Virus record (IMG/VR): IMGVR_UViG_3300028591_000090
Span: 96,001 to 160,000 of that record
Reading direction: 5' to 3' (one strand)
Length of the DNA: 64,000 bases
Source of the DNA: a virus
Lineage: Duplodnaviria; Caudoviricetes
Shown here: one piece after another, positions 28,373 to 36,889 of the stretch
How positions within the stretch are numbered: the stretch's first letter is position 1
Layout of the letters: each line of letters starts with the position of its first letter
Notes under the pieces: model-generated
The model's input: only the letters and a program-made list of their open reading frames with translations
The model's database searches: none
What the model was told of the DNA's origin: nothing
Program-made: the position numbers and the translations under genes

Positions 28373-28927
28373 ATGAAAAAATTAGTATTCTTATCGGCAG
28401 TTTTAATGGTAATAACATTAATGTCAAGTTGTAAACAAAGTTCTACAGTTATTAATAACATTGACCAATCAGAAAGTTATTGTGGTGAACTTGATAGTTA
28501 TGAAACTAAGGATATTAAATATGAAGATGCATACTTCAAATTTTTTATATACAAAACAGGAGAAAGGGAAATGATTGATTTTTATCAAAGAACAAATGGT
28601 AGTTCAAAAGGAATTTATCTTGGAAATTCATCTAAAGCAGAAATTATAAATTTATTTAAATTTTTAAAAAATTTTGCAGAAAATGAATATTTATATGACA
28701 CCATACGATTTGATTCAAAACTTTATTATATAGAACATACATATAATAATTATAATAAAGTAACTATTAGAGAAATTATAAAAGACAAAAATTTTAATCC
28801 ACATAAAGAATGTGGTAAAAAATTACGTGAAAAAGACACAATAAATGACTTTATTATAGATTATATAGATATAAAAAGAGTTTCTGATTGGATAGAAGAT
28901 TTTGATGGTGATATTATCAACAAATAA
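28373..28927 (+). CDS. Lipoprotein (true start MKKLVF at 28373)
   Basis: MKK, hydrophobic core, MSSC lipobox; start lies downstream of the promoter. Confidence 0.75.
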   Translation: MKKLVFLSAVLMVITLMSSCKQSSTVINNIDQSESYCGELDSYETKDIKYEDAYFKFFIYKTGEREMIDFYQRTNGSSKGIYLGNSSKAEIINLFKFLKNFAENEYLYDTIRFDSKLYYIEHTYNNYNKVTIREIIKDKNFNPHKECGKKLREKDTINDFIIDYIDIKRVSDWIEDFDGDIINK

Positions 28928-28932
28928 TAATA

Positions 28933-29481
28933 TTATTCTTCTTTAGATTTATTTTCAATCATAAAAACATCAGAGAAATCAACGCCCATATATTCAGATG
29001 GAGGTCTTCTGTATCGGCAATTCCGAACAAGACACTTCATCTTTTCTAATCGTTCTACTTCTAGTTTAAGTTCAGATAAATCGTGAAGAAAAACATCTTT
29101 TTCATTACGTAAAGCAACTTTATCGTCTCTATGTTTAGTGACCTCTTCATATAACATATCTATTTTTCTATCTTTTTCTTCTATTCTTCGTTCCCATTCT
29201 ATAATTCTTTCATCGAGTTTCTTTTCTCTTTCATCTAATTTAGCGTATACTTTATCGTATTCTTCTTTACGTTCTGTAAGTTGTTTATCACAATCTTCTT
29301 TTGTCGTTGTAATTTGTGCTATAGCAGCCTCATATAATTTTTTCCATTCTTCCCCTTCAAATGCTTCGTTTTCTAAATGTGCATGTTTTTTTTGGTATTT
29401 ATTCATAAGGAATCCTCCGCCTGCAAAAGTAACAATTATAGTTATAACTTGTGGTAATATTTCTAATATATAATCTAACAT
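28933..29481 (-). CDS. Holin-like / lysis-associated protein: N-terminal TM, coiled coil, C-x4-C-x2-R-x-PP tail
   Basis: ILPQVITIIVTFAGGGF TM; KCLVRNCRYRRPP. Confidence 0.55.
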   Translation of the reverse strand: MLDYILEILPQVITIIVTFAGGGFLMNKYQKKHAHLENEAFEGEEWKKLYEAAIAQITTTKEDCDKQLTERKEEYDKVYAKLDEREKKLDERIIEWERRIEEKDRKIDMLYEEVTKHRDDKVALRNEKDVFLHDLSELKLEVERLEKMKCLVRNCRYRRPPSEYMGVDFSDVFMIENKSKEE

Positions 29482-29520
29482 AATAAAAATTCTTTAACAG
29501 AATTATTTATTCTAAAAAAA

Positions 29521-30222
29521 TCACCTCAAATACTTCTCTAAATCATACAGTATCAATATATCAGAGACTGTTCGACCAAATCTTATCTCCTTATCAAATC
29601 CTGCAAAATGCAAAAATGTACCTATTTTCATTTGTTGTATAGATAAATCGTTATCCAAAGCATAATGATAACTCCAGTTTTCTTCTAACGAATACAAGTC
29701 ATCAAACACAACTTCTTGAGATAAATCTTCCACACATTCTTGTTGTGCTTTTTCATACATAAGGTCAAACATTCTATATGCTTTATCTGTTGCTCCACCC
29801 AATATACCAGAGCACATTACACAACCATTTGATAATTCTTTTGGATAATGTTTATATGGTGCTTGAGTTTTTTCCAACATTCTTATATTTTCAGAATACA
29901 AATCAAAACCATCATCTACCTTAAATGTTGGCATTACAAATATATCCAAATCAACGTGTAAAAATGGTTTTCTCTGTAATGTATATGTCTTTAGTTTTGG
30001 TATATTCCAATATCTTCTATCCCAATTCCAATCAAAAAAATCAACGTCGATAATATCATCAAACGGTAAATGTTCAAAATCTTCCCTACAATCTGTATAA
30101 AGTATCGTGTTGTTCTTTGTATGTTTTTTCATAGAACCAACAGCAAGAGTAGCCAATTTCATAGTTATATCTGAAATTGGTTTTAATTTATCTATTTGAC
30201 AGTATGTATAAACTATATTCAC
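29521..30222 (-). CDS. DUF6734-like, GT-A-type glycosyltransferase-like protein
   Basis: LAVGSMKK...LYTD, WNIPKL.TY..Q.KPFLHVDLD (DxD), CSGILGG. Confidence 0.6.
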   Translation of the reverse strand: MNIVYTYCQIDKLKPISDITMKLATLAVGSMKKHTKNNTILYTDCREDFEHLPFDDIIDVDFFDWNWDRRYWNIPKLKTYTLQRKPFLHVDLDIFVMPTFKVDDGFDLYSENIRMLEKTQAPYKHYPKELSNGCVMCSGILGGATDKAYRMFDLMYEKAQQECVEDLSQEVVFDDLYSLEENWSYHYALDNDLSIQQMKIGTFLHFAGFDKEIRFGRTVSDILILYDLEKYLR

Positions 30223-31304
30223 TATTTCAATATTATTGACTTATACCAAACACCTTTCTTTCTACCACTTGAAGAAGAACTTGCATTTTCTTTCATATAC
30301 ATAAAGTTTATACCAACAACATTTGTTTTATCAAAACCAGATGAGGGTAAACTTAAAGTATATGTAACAGAATCTTCTGTCTGAGGAGAATCATTGTATT
30401 TTTCATGGTTAAATGTATGATTTGCATCATCTTCTTTATAAGTAGTTACACTACCATTTCAATCTACTAATTGTACGTATAATATTAAATTGTTGTTATA
30501 TGTTGTTATTTGTGTTGTTGTTGCTGAACGTGTATTATATCCATTACGCACAAGACATGTCGTAGAAGATGTATTTGTATAATTAAATACTTTTGCTTTT
30601 ATATCTAATGTAGTTATATTTGTAAAATCTATACCACTACCAAAACGATATTCTAAATGTCCGTGCTGACCAGAACTTGCAGAAGATGGTTCATTACACA
30701 TTGCATATACTTGACCAAGTTCTATATCACAAGGGTAAGTATCTGTTGAAGCCTCTGTACCAACAAGATAATATCCGTCAGATGCCGTATTAAATTTAGA
30801 TTGTGTTTTACAATCGTCATAATAATAGATATTATACGTAGGAACAAAAGTCCAACCGTTTGTTCTTGCCGTTGATATATACGATTGACATTGAAAATCA
30901 TTAGAAGCAAGATACCAAGCAGAATCAGCAAATCTACATTCGTGTGCTGACGTTGTTGATAAGTGTGATAAAATATCTCTTGTACGACGTTTTTTTTCAA
31001 CTTCCTTTATAATTTCTTTATTTACTATCAAAGTATCGTTAGAAGCCTTAAAAATGGTATCTGTTTTAACCAAATATTTAATCTTCTCCTTCCATTTTAT
31101 ATAATAAACAGTATCTGCCTTTGAATAAATATAAACACTATCCTTCAAATAAACACTATCCTTTTCGACCTTGCTCAAATAAACGGTGTCATAATTGTTT
31201 ACATATTCAACCTTTTCTACTGTTTTGCATCCATTGAATGTCAAAAGAAATGTAATGAATGCAACAAACATCAATATCAATAATATTCTCTTAAATGTTT
31301 CCAT
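30222..31304 (-). pseudogene. Lipoprotein/spanin-like N-terminus fused to a Thr/Ser/Asn-rich domain, interrupted by an in-frame TGA at 30459-30461
   Basis: FNGC lipobox and DSVY/DTV repeats; the frame stays open for 78 more codons after TGA to TAG at 30222-30224, which overlaps the next GTG start. Confidence 0.55.
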
Positions 31305-31332
31305 TTGTATAAGTTAATTTTTATGTTTTAAA

Positions 31333-31390
31333 AAAAAATACGACTGACCAAAAGGCTCTCCTCGTCCTAATTTTCCCAGCCGTATTTTTT
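31333..31390 (-). terminator. Long-loop hairpin directly after the LRR gene (terminator-like)
   Basis: Minus strand AAAAAATACGGCTG-N30-CAGTCGTATTTTTT (one G-U pair). Confidence 0.6.
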
Positions 31391-31391
31391 A

Positions 31392-32588
31392 TTATAAGTT
31401 ATCGAAAATCCAACCAATCGCCTGCTTTGCAGTTACCATAGCCATCAATGCCGCATCATTACGTATCATATTTAGAACAGTGTTGTGGAATGCGATATGA
31501 CATCCGCCATATGAAGTTACAACTTGCAATTTGCTTATTACAAGCTCCACTGAATCCCTCGACAACAATCCACAATATGACAACGATATGTCGTTTGAAA
31601 TATTACCGCAGGAAATTATGTCGGTAATTCTGGTATTATATCTGACAATTGCCGATGATGTATCTATACCGTTAGGCATATTAGGAATGGACATAACATT
31701 TAATTGGTAGAATGGGATATTGCCAGTGGCTGCCTGATAATTGTTATATGCCGAAGTTGAATTACATCCATACATATAGTTTACTGATGACGCTGTTGTA
31801 CCAGATATGTTAAGGCAATTCAAACTATTGTATTTCAATGAGAAGCAATCCCTAAACAAACTATTATAGTTTATTGCGGATGACGGAAATGAGGATGATA
31901 GATTCCATATCACATCCTCCAAATAGTAACAACCGTTAAATGCCCCACTGTAGTCGGTACATATGGACAAATCAACATTGCTCAAATCGACATATGTCAA
32001 ATCTTCTCTATTCTGTGAGCAAATGTTTGATATTGATGGTGGCTGTATTGGATTAGGAAACTCCAATCTTTTAATTTTTGTGTCGTTAAACATATAAGAC
32101 ATTATTACGTTGCCTGCTGCCCTTTGATATAAACCACTTGTGTCAAACTCTTCCAAACTTGTACAAAGTCTGCATAATGAGTGGAAACCAGATGATTTGA
32201 CTTTCCAACCCTTTACAGATTTCAAGTTAGTGCAGGCGAATGTGCCAGTTTGGTTGTTTGCATATTGACCGAATGTAGATGTGGTTGTTGCATACGCACC
32301 CTTTCCAATCTTCCAGTTGTCGCTAAACCTTACTGATACGAGTTTATCAGCTTCTGCTTGACTTTGATGAGAAAACATATATGAATATGATGATATGTAG
32401 TAACCATCTGTGTAGTATCTCCAATAGCCATTAGCATCAGTAGGTACTGTTATTACCTGAAGCCCTGGCGTAATATAATCATTTGTGTATGTCAACTCAA
32501 AAGTCAATGTGCTGTTTGCAACATTGCAATACCCTTCTATGTATTGTCTTCTTGATTGAGCCATCAAATTTGTCTTCCATCCGCTCAT
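31392..32588 (-). CDS. BspA/DUF285-like leucine-rich-repeat receptor-binding protein
   Basis: Repeats such as YSGAFNGCYYLEDV, YNSLFRDCFSL, MSYMF; C-terminal cap LSRDSVELVISKL...AKQAIGW. Confidence 0.7.
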   Translation of the reverse strand: MSGWKTNLMAQSRRQYIEGYCNVANSTLTFELTYTNDYITPGLQVITVPTDANGYWRYYTDGYYISSYSYMFSHQSQAEADKLVSVRFSDNWKIGKGAYATTTSTFGQYANNQTGTFACTNLKSVKGWKVKSSGFHSLCRLCTSLEEFDTSGLYQRAAGNVIMSYMFNDTKIKRLEFPNPIQPPSISNICSQNREDLTYVDLSNVDLSICTDYSGAFNGCYYLEDVIWNLSSSFPSSAINYNSLFRDCFSLKYNSLNCLNISGTTASSVNYMYGCNSTSAYNNYQAATGNIPFYQLNVMSIPNMPNGIDTSSAIVRYNTRITDIISCGNISNDISLSYCGLLSRDSVELVISKLQVVTSYGGCHIAFHNTVLNMIRNDAALMAMVTAKQAIGWIFDNL

Positions 32589-32593
32589 AACAA

Positions 32594-34066
32594 TTATAAC
32601 ATTTTTACAATTACACCGTTTCCATTTTGAAAACAGAAACTATAAGTGGCGTTTGCCTCTATTGTTACGTCACCTTGCCATTTTGTAATACTACTCAAAC
32701 CAGTATTATTCCTTATGTCACCACTTGTAGTTGAGGTAAATGTGCCGTTATATTCGGCAGTACCAGGATTTGCCGGAAGTGCAATAGTTGAGTAGTTAAT
32801 TGTGCCCAATTCGTTAAATGAGCCTGATACCAATGTCGCTGTTGATGAAACAGGTGGTGCTATCTGTAACCATCGGGCGTCACCATCTGACCTTTTTAAA
32901 ACTTGATTATCTGCTGTTGCTGCCCCTGTTGTAATATATAATGCTCTAACCGCTAAACCATTTGTAAATACTCTTGCTAATATTAAATCCGCACTATCAC
33001 CATTTGTCCTGCCAATACTTAAATTTGCTCCAAATTTCTGTAAAAAATATGTTTCGTAACCATTTGATGGGAAATTTATCTTTATCGACTCAGACATATT
33101 CAAAGCACCTGTCATAGTGTCTCCAGACTTGTTCACTTTGTTTGGCATGTCAGCAACAAGTTCCGCTATCTGACGGACTTTTGTAGCATTGATTCCGCTG
33201 TTCAGTGCGTCTATCCACTCTTGCGAGAATTCTGTATCATTAAGAGTCATAAGCAACGCCCATACAGGGGCTGTCGTCTCTGTCTGTGCCACTGAACAAA
33301 AGTACTTTGCTGCCGGAAATATCAAGTCGTATGTATGTTCCGGCAATGTACTATCTGCAATATCATCGATAGTATCAGTTTGCTCGACAACAAACTCCAT
33401 AACTGCATCTACTTTAGAAGGCATATTTTCAAAGAATGTAACAAATATTACTCTCTTTCCTTCGTGCACTGTCTCTGAGTCATCATAGAAGTACAATGAC
33501 ATCTTCGTTCTGAAAGTTGTCTGAATCAAGTCTGTCTGATTGCCATCAGGAAGATTTATTTTTCCCCATCCACTTCCTGTCTTTATTCTTTGGTATTTAA
33601 TGCTGTGTGCGTAGAAGAAGAACTTCGACTCATCTGCGAGAACTATAGTGGTATCATTTGTAGACACATAGACTCCTGATGCACTACCACATTCATGCAC
33701 AACGCCGTCTTTTACCTTGTACCACGGACCTATTTCAAGGCATGTCACTGTTCCTCCAATCAAACTCTTGTAGGTAGATGACTGCACTGCGAATGGTGAT
33801 GTAAAATCTTGATTTGCAAGAACTGGCTGGTTTGCATTTCTCTGGATTGCTTCCGACATTTGTGTGTTTGTCACAAGTTTGTCCATAGTAGATGCAGACT
33901 CTGGTATAACCTCTTGAATGTCAGATATATTACCACGTATGTCAGAATGCGTTGAATTGTCGGTGTTATGCGTTGATATTGCAGATCCGATAGAACCACT
34001 TGTAAGTGATTTTATTTTGCTCCACACTCTTATAAGACCTTCCTCATTTAAAATATCATTTAACAT
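32594..34066 (-). CDS. Tail fibre protein
   Basis: N-terminal LNEEGLIRVWSKIK, HNTDNSTHSDIR, ALNSGI, VNKSGDTMTGAL fibre motifs; small C-terminal beta domain. Confidence 0.75.
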   Translation of the reverse strand: MLNDILNEEGLIRVWSKIKSLTSGSIGSAISTHNTDNSTHSDIRGNISDIQEVIPESASTMDKLVTNTQMSEAIQRNANQPVLANQDFTSPFAVQSSTYKSLIGGTVTCLEIGPWYKVKDGVVHECGSASGVYVSTNDTTIVLADESKFFFYAHSIKYQRIKTGSGWGKINLPDGNQTDLIQTTFRTKMSLYFYDDSETVHEGKRVIFVTFFENMPSKVDAVMEFVVEQTDTIDDIADSTLPEHTYDLIFPAAKYFCSVAQTETTAPVWALLMTLNDTEFSQEWIDALNSGINATKVRQIAELVADMPNKVNKSGDTMTGALNMSESIKINFPSNGYETYFLQKFGANLSIGRTNGDSADLILARVFTNGLAVRALYITTGAATADNQVLKRSDGDARWLQIAPPVSSTATLVSGSFNELGTINYSTIALPANPGTAEYNGTFTSTTSGDIRNNTGLSSITKWQGDVTIEANATYSFCFQNGNGVIVKML

Positions 34067-34085
34067 TTCTTATATTATGTTTTTT

Positions 34086-36878
34086 TTACACACAAATTTC
34101 GTCTATTCTTTCATTAGTAATATAAGATATATATCCTCCTAACGATTCATATCCGTTTTCTGTTTTAACGAAATTGGTTGACGGTGGATAAACACCTATA
34201 ATAGTTTCTGGTGTAAAACCATCATATACATCTACTGCTTCTTGTATAGAATATACATCACCAACATTAGCATTATCTGGTAAATCTTCATACGTTTGAA
34301 CTTCTCCAGAAAAGTTCATTTTTTTCAATATAGAAATTCCGTTTACTTTTACATCTGTAGAAATTAAATCTATATATCCAATAGAAGATATTGTTAATGG
34401 ATTTATTGTAGATGTTATTTTTGAACTACCATTTCCAAATTTTATTTCATCTAATACTTCTATATTGATAGATTTTAATTTATCTGTATATAAAGTATAC
34501 GATTCGTTCATTGTCATTCTTCCGTGATGCATAGCAATAGCAGCCGAATGTGTTACATTTGCATCTACAGTTGTTAATTCAGAAGCAATTATTGCTGTAT
34601 AGTTTCCTAATTTATCATTCGGATTACCACCATTTGAAGATAATATAGTATTATAACTACCTGTAATTTGTGGATTACAATTTGATGTTGAAACTAAATT
34701 ATAATTACCTAATATTTGTGTGCCACCTGTTGTATTAGAAGACAACACAGTATTGTATACGCCATTTATATCTGAACCACTATTAATACGACTTGATAAA
34801 ACAGAAGTATAATTACTGATTATATTCACTCCACCATCCAAAAAAGAAGATGATATTTTAACAAATTCACCAGCAATATACGGTGCAATAGTTTCTGAAC
34901 TATCAATAGAAGAAAATTTTAGAAAATTATATGAATCATCAATATATTTACCTATATAAAGATTAGAATGTGCATAGGTTGTTGATATAGATACATATTC
35001 AGAAGACTCTTCATTATCTGTATCTTCACATATAGTAAAAGCAGAATTAAAATTTACAGACGAAAAAGTAAAATATTTATGAAATTCTGCTTGAGAACCA
35101 TTTTGATTATTTCCAAAACCTCCATTTGTTATATTAACAGATGAAAAAGTCGAATAAGATTGTTTATAGGAACCAGCAGTAATATAAGATGTTAAAATCA
35201 ATGAATTATTACCATTCATTACAAAACCGCTTGCATTTGTTAATAAAAGTCCGACTTTTTCTCCTCTCAAATCGAAAGCAGATATATCAGAACTTATTAT
35301 TGCAGATTGACTTAAATCTTCTGTTGAACCATCTGATATATTTGATGTTGTAATAAAAGATTTACTTCCATACATGCCAACAGAATGTATATCAGATGCA
35401 AAAATAGCAGAGTCATTGAAATAAAATCCCATACCTGACGCACCTAATCTGTTTGCTGCAAGGATAGAACGAAATGCAGAAATATACGAATTTCCCTCGA
35501 AAATATTGTTAAAAAATGATGTATAAGAACCATCATATCTTATTTGATCATTAAAGACATTGGAACTTATAAGTGTTGACTTACTTTCTGAATATGAACC
35601 AATATATGTAACAGCAGAATTACTCATCTCGTTACCTATAATAACAAGAGACTTTCCTTTTATTCTCATATGCTGTAAATCATCTGTAGAATAGTTTGCA
35701 GATATTAAACTATATGTAATATCTCCATAATTTAACAAACCAGAAGATCCAGAACCTTGCGTTGCTGTTGACGTTATCTGTGTTTTATTTGCAATAAAAG
35801 CAGAATATGAAAAACCATCAAGTTTAATATTTTCAGATGCTATTAATGCATCATAATTATTGTAATTACCTATATTTATATTATTACAACTTATAATAGA
35901 AATATTACTACTCCTTTCATTTTCTATAGCATCTGGTGCAACTATGGTATTAGAAGAAAGTGCTGTTGATTCTGGTATTAATAATAAAATAGAATCTGCT
36001 CCATCTATATAACCTTGTCTTGTTGGTCGTATTGATGTTTCAAATCCAGTTCCACCGTGTTTCCAAATTTCTTCTTTTGTAATTGGTCCTAATGATTCCC
36101 ACGTACATGGAGGGGTATCATCTATACAAACATACTCTGAAAATTCTTCGCTTCCTTCTAAACCAACAAGATACACATCTCCTTTTTCTGCATATGGTGG
36201 TAAATCTTCAACTGTATCAACTCTACCTTTAATATTAAATACACTCGGAATTTTCTTAAAAGATACATTGTGATTTTCATCAACATATAATATATCTCCG
36301 ATATTCGCTGATTCAGAAGCAGTTATGTTTTTTAATGCTGTTTGTCTATCTGCAACGTCTGATAAATTGGCAGATTTTAATAAAAAAGAATTTGATAAGT
36401 TTAGCATTACAATATCAACATATCTTGTTGAACCACCTTGTGCCGTTTGTATAGAAATATCAGAACCTTCACCATCAAATTCAGTACCATCTGTAATAAA
36501 TTTATATATTCTGTTTGTTCCTGAACAAGCAACAAAAGGCTCATCTTCACAAAGACATTGGTCTTCGATTACTTCTTTATTTGGATAAACGTGTATTGTG
36601 CTTATTGGTAATCCATCGTCTGCAATACCAAATTGAAACCAATTTGATTTTTGTCCCCAATCTGAATCAGCAACCGTATTTCCATAATATTGATACAACG
36701 AACCTTTAGCAACAACAATATAATTTATTTTTCTTCTACCCTCTGTAATAGATATAGGTTGAAAATCAGACCATCTTGATTCTGTAATATAAAAACCTCT
36801 TACATCGTTAGAATCAACAATAGCATAATTTTCATTTTCGTGTTTTAATATATCTGGAAATTTAACTCCGTTGCTCAT
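34086..36878 (-). CDS. Fibre/spike protein with beta-helix (Ser/Asn/Ile/Gly repeats)
   Basis: NLSDVAD knot motif, two G.V.T..DLP modules, long beta-solenoid-like region. Confidence 0.7.
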   Translation of the reverse strand: MSNGVKFPDILKHENENYAIVDSNDVRGFYITESRWSDFQPISITEGRRKINYIVVAKGSLYQYYGNTVADSDWGQKSNWFQFGIADDGLPISTIHVYPNKEVIEDQCLCEDEPFVACSGTNRIYKFITDGTEFDGEGSDISIQTAQGGSTRYVDIVMLNLSNSFLLKSANLSDVADRQTALKNITASESANIGDILYVDENHNVSFKKIPSVFNIKGRVDTVEDLPPYAEKGDVYLVGLEGSEEFSEYVCIDDTPPCTWESLGPITKEEIWKHGGTGFETSIRPTRQGYIDGADSILLLIPESTALSSNTIVAPDAIENERSSNISIISCNNINIGNYNNYDALIASENIKLDGFSYSAFIANKTQITSTATQGSGSSGLLNYGDITYSLISANYSTDDLQHMRIKGKSLVIIGNEMSNSAVTYIGSYSESKSTLISSNVFNDQIRYDGSYTSFFNNIFEGNSYISAFRSILAANRLGASGMGFYFNDSAIFASDIHSVGMYGSKSFITTSNISDGSTEDLSQSAIISSDISAFDLRGEKVGLLLTNASGFVMNGNNSLILTSYITAGSYKQSYSTFSSVNITNGGFGNNQNGSQAEFHKYFTFSSVNFNSAFTICEDTDNEESSEYVSISTTYAHSNLYIGKYIDDSYNFLKFSSIDSSETIAPYIAGEFVKISSSFLDGGVNIISNYTSVLSSRINSGSDINGVYNTVLSSNTTGGTQILGNYNLVSTSNCNPQITGSYNTILSSNGGNPNDKLGNYTAIIASELTTVDANVTHSAAIAMHHGRMTMNESYTLYTDKLKSINIEVLDEIKFGNGSSKITSTINPLTISSIGYIDLISTDVKVNGISILKKMNFSGEVQTYEDLPDNANVGDVYSIQEAVDVYDGFTPETIIGVYPPSTNFVKTENGYESLGGYISYITNERIDEICV

Positions 36879-36889
36879 TATGATACAAA

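Noticed and set aside
30459-30461. Genome-wide TGA reassignment or selenocysteine
   Set aside because: Only one internal TGA was seen; TGA works as a normal stop elsewhere (24429, 29521) and no SECIS-like hairpin was recognised.
31392-32588. Diversity-generating retroelement
   Set aside because: No reverse transcriptase or TR/VR pair found by eye in this window; one elsewhere in the genome cannot be excluded.
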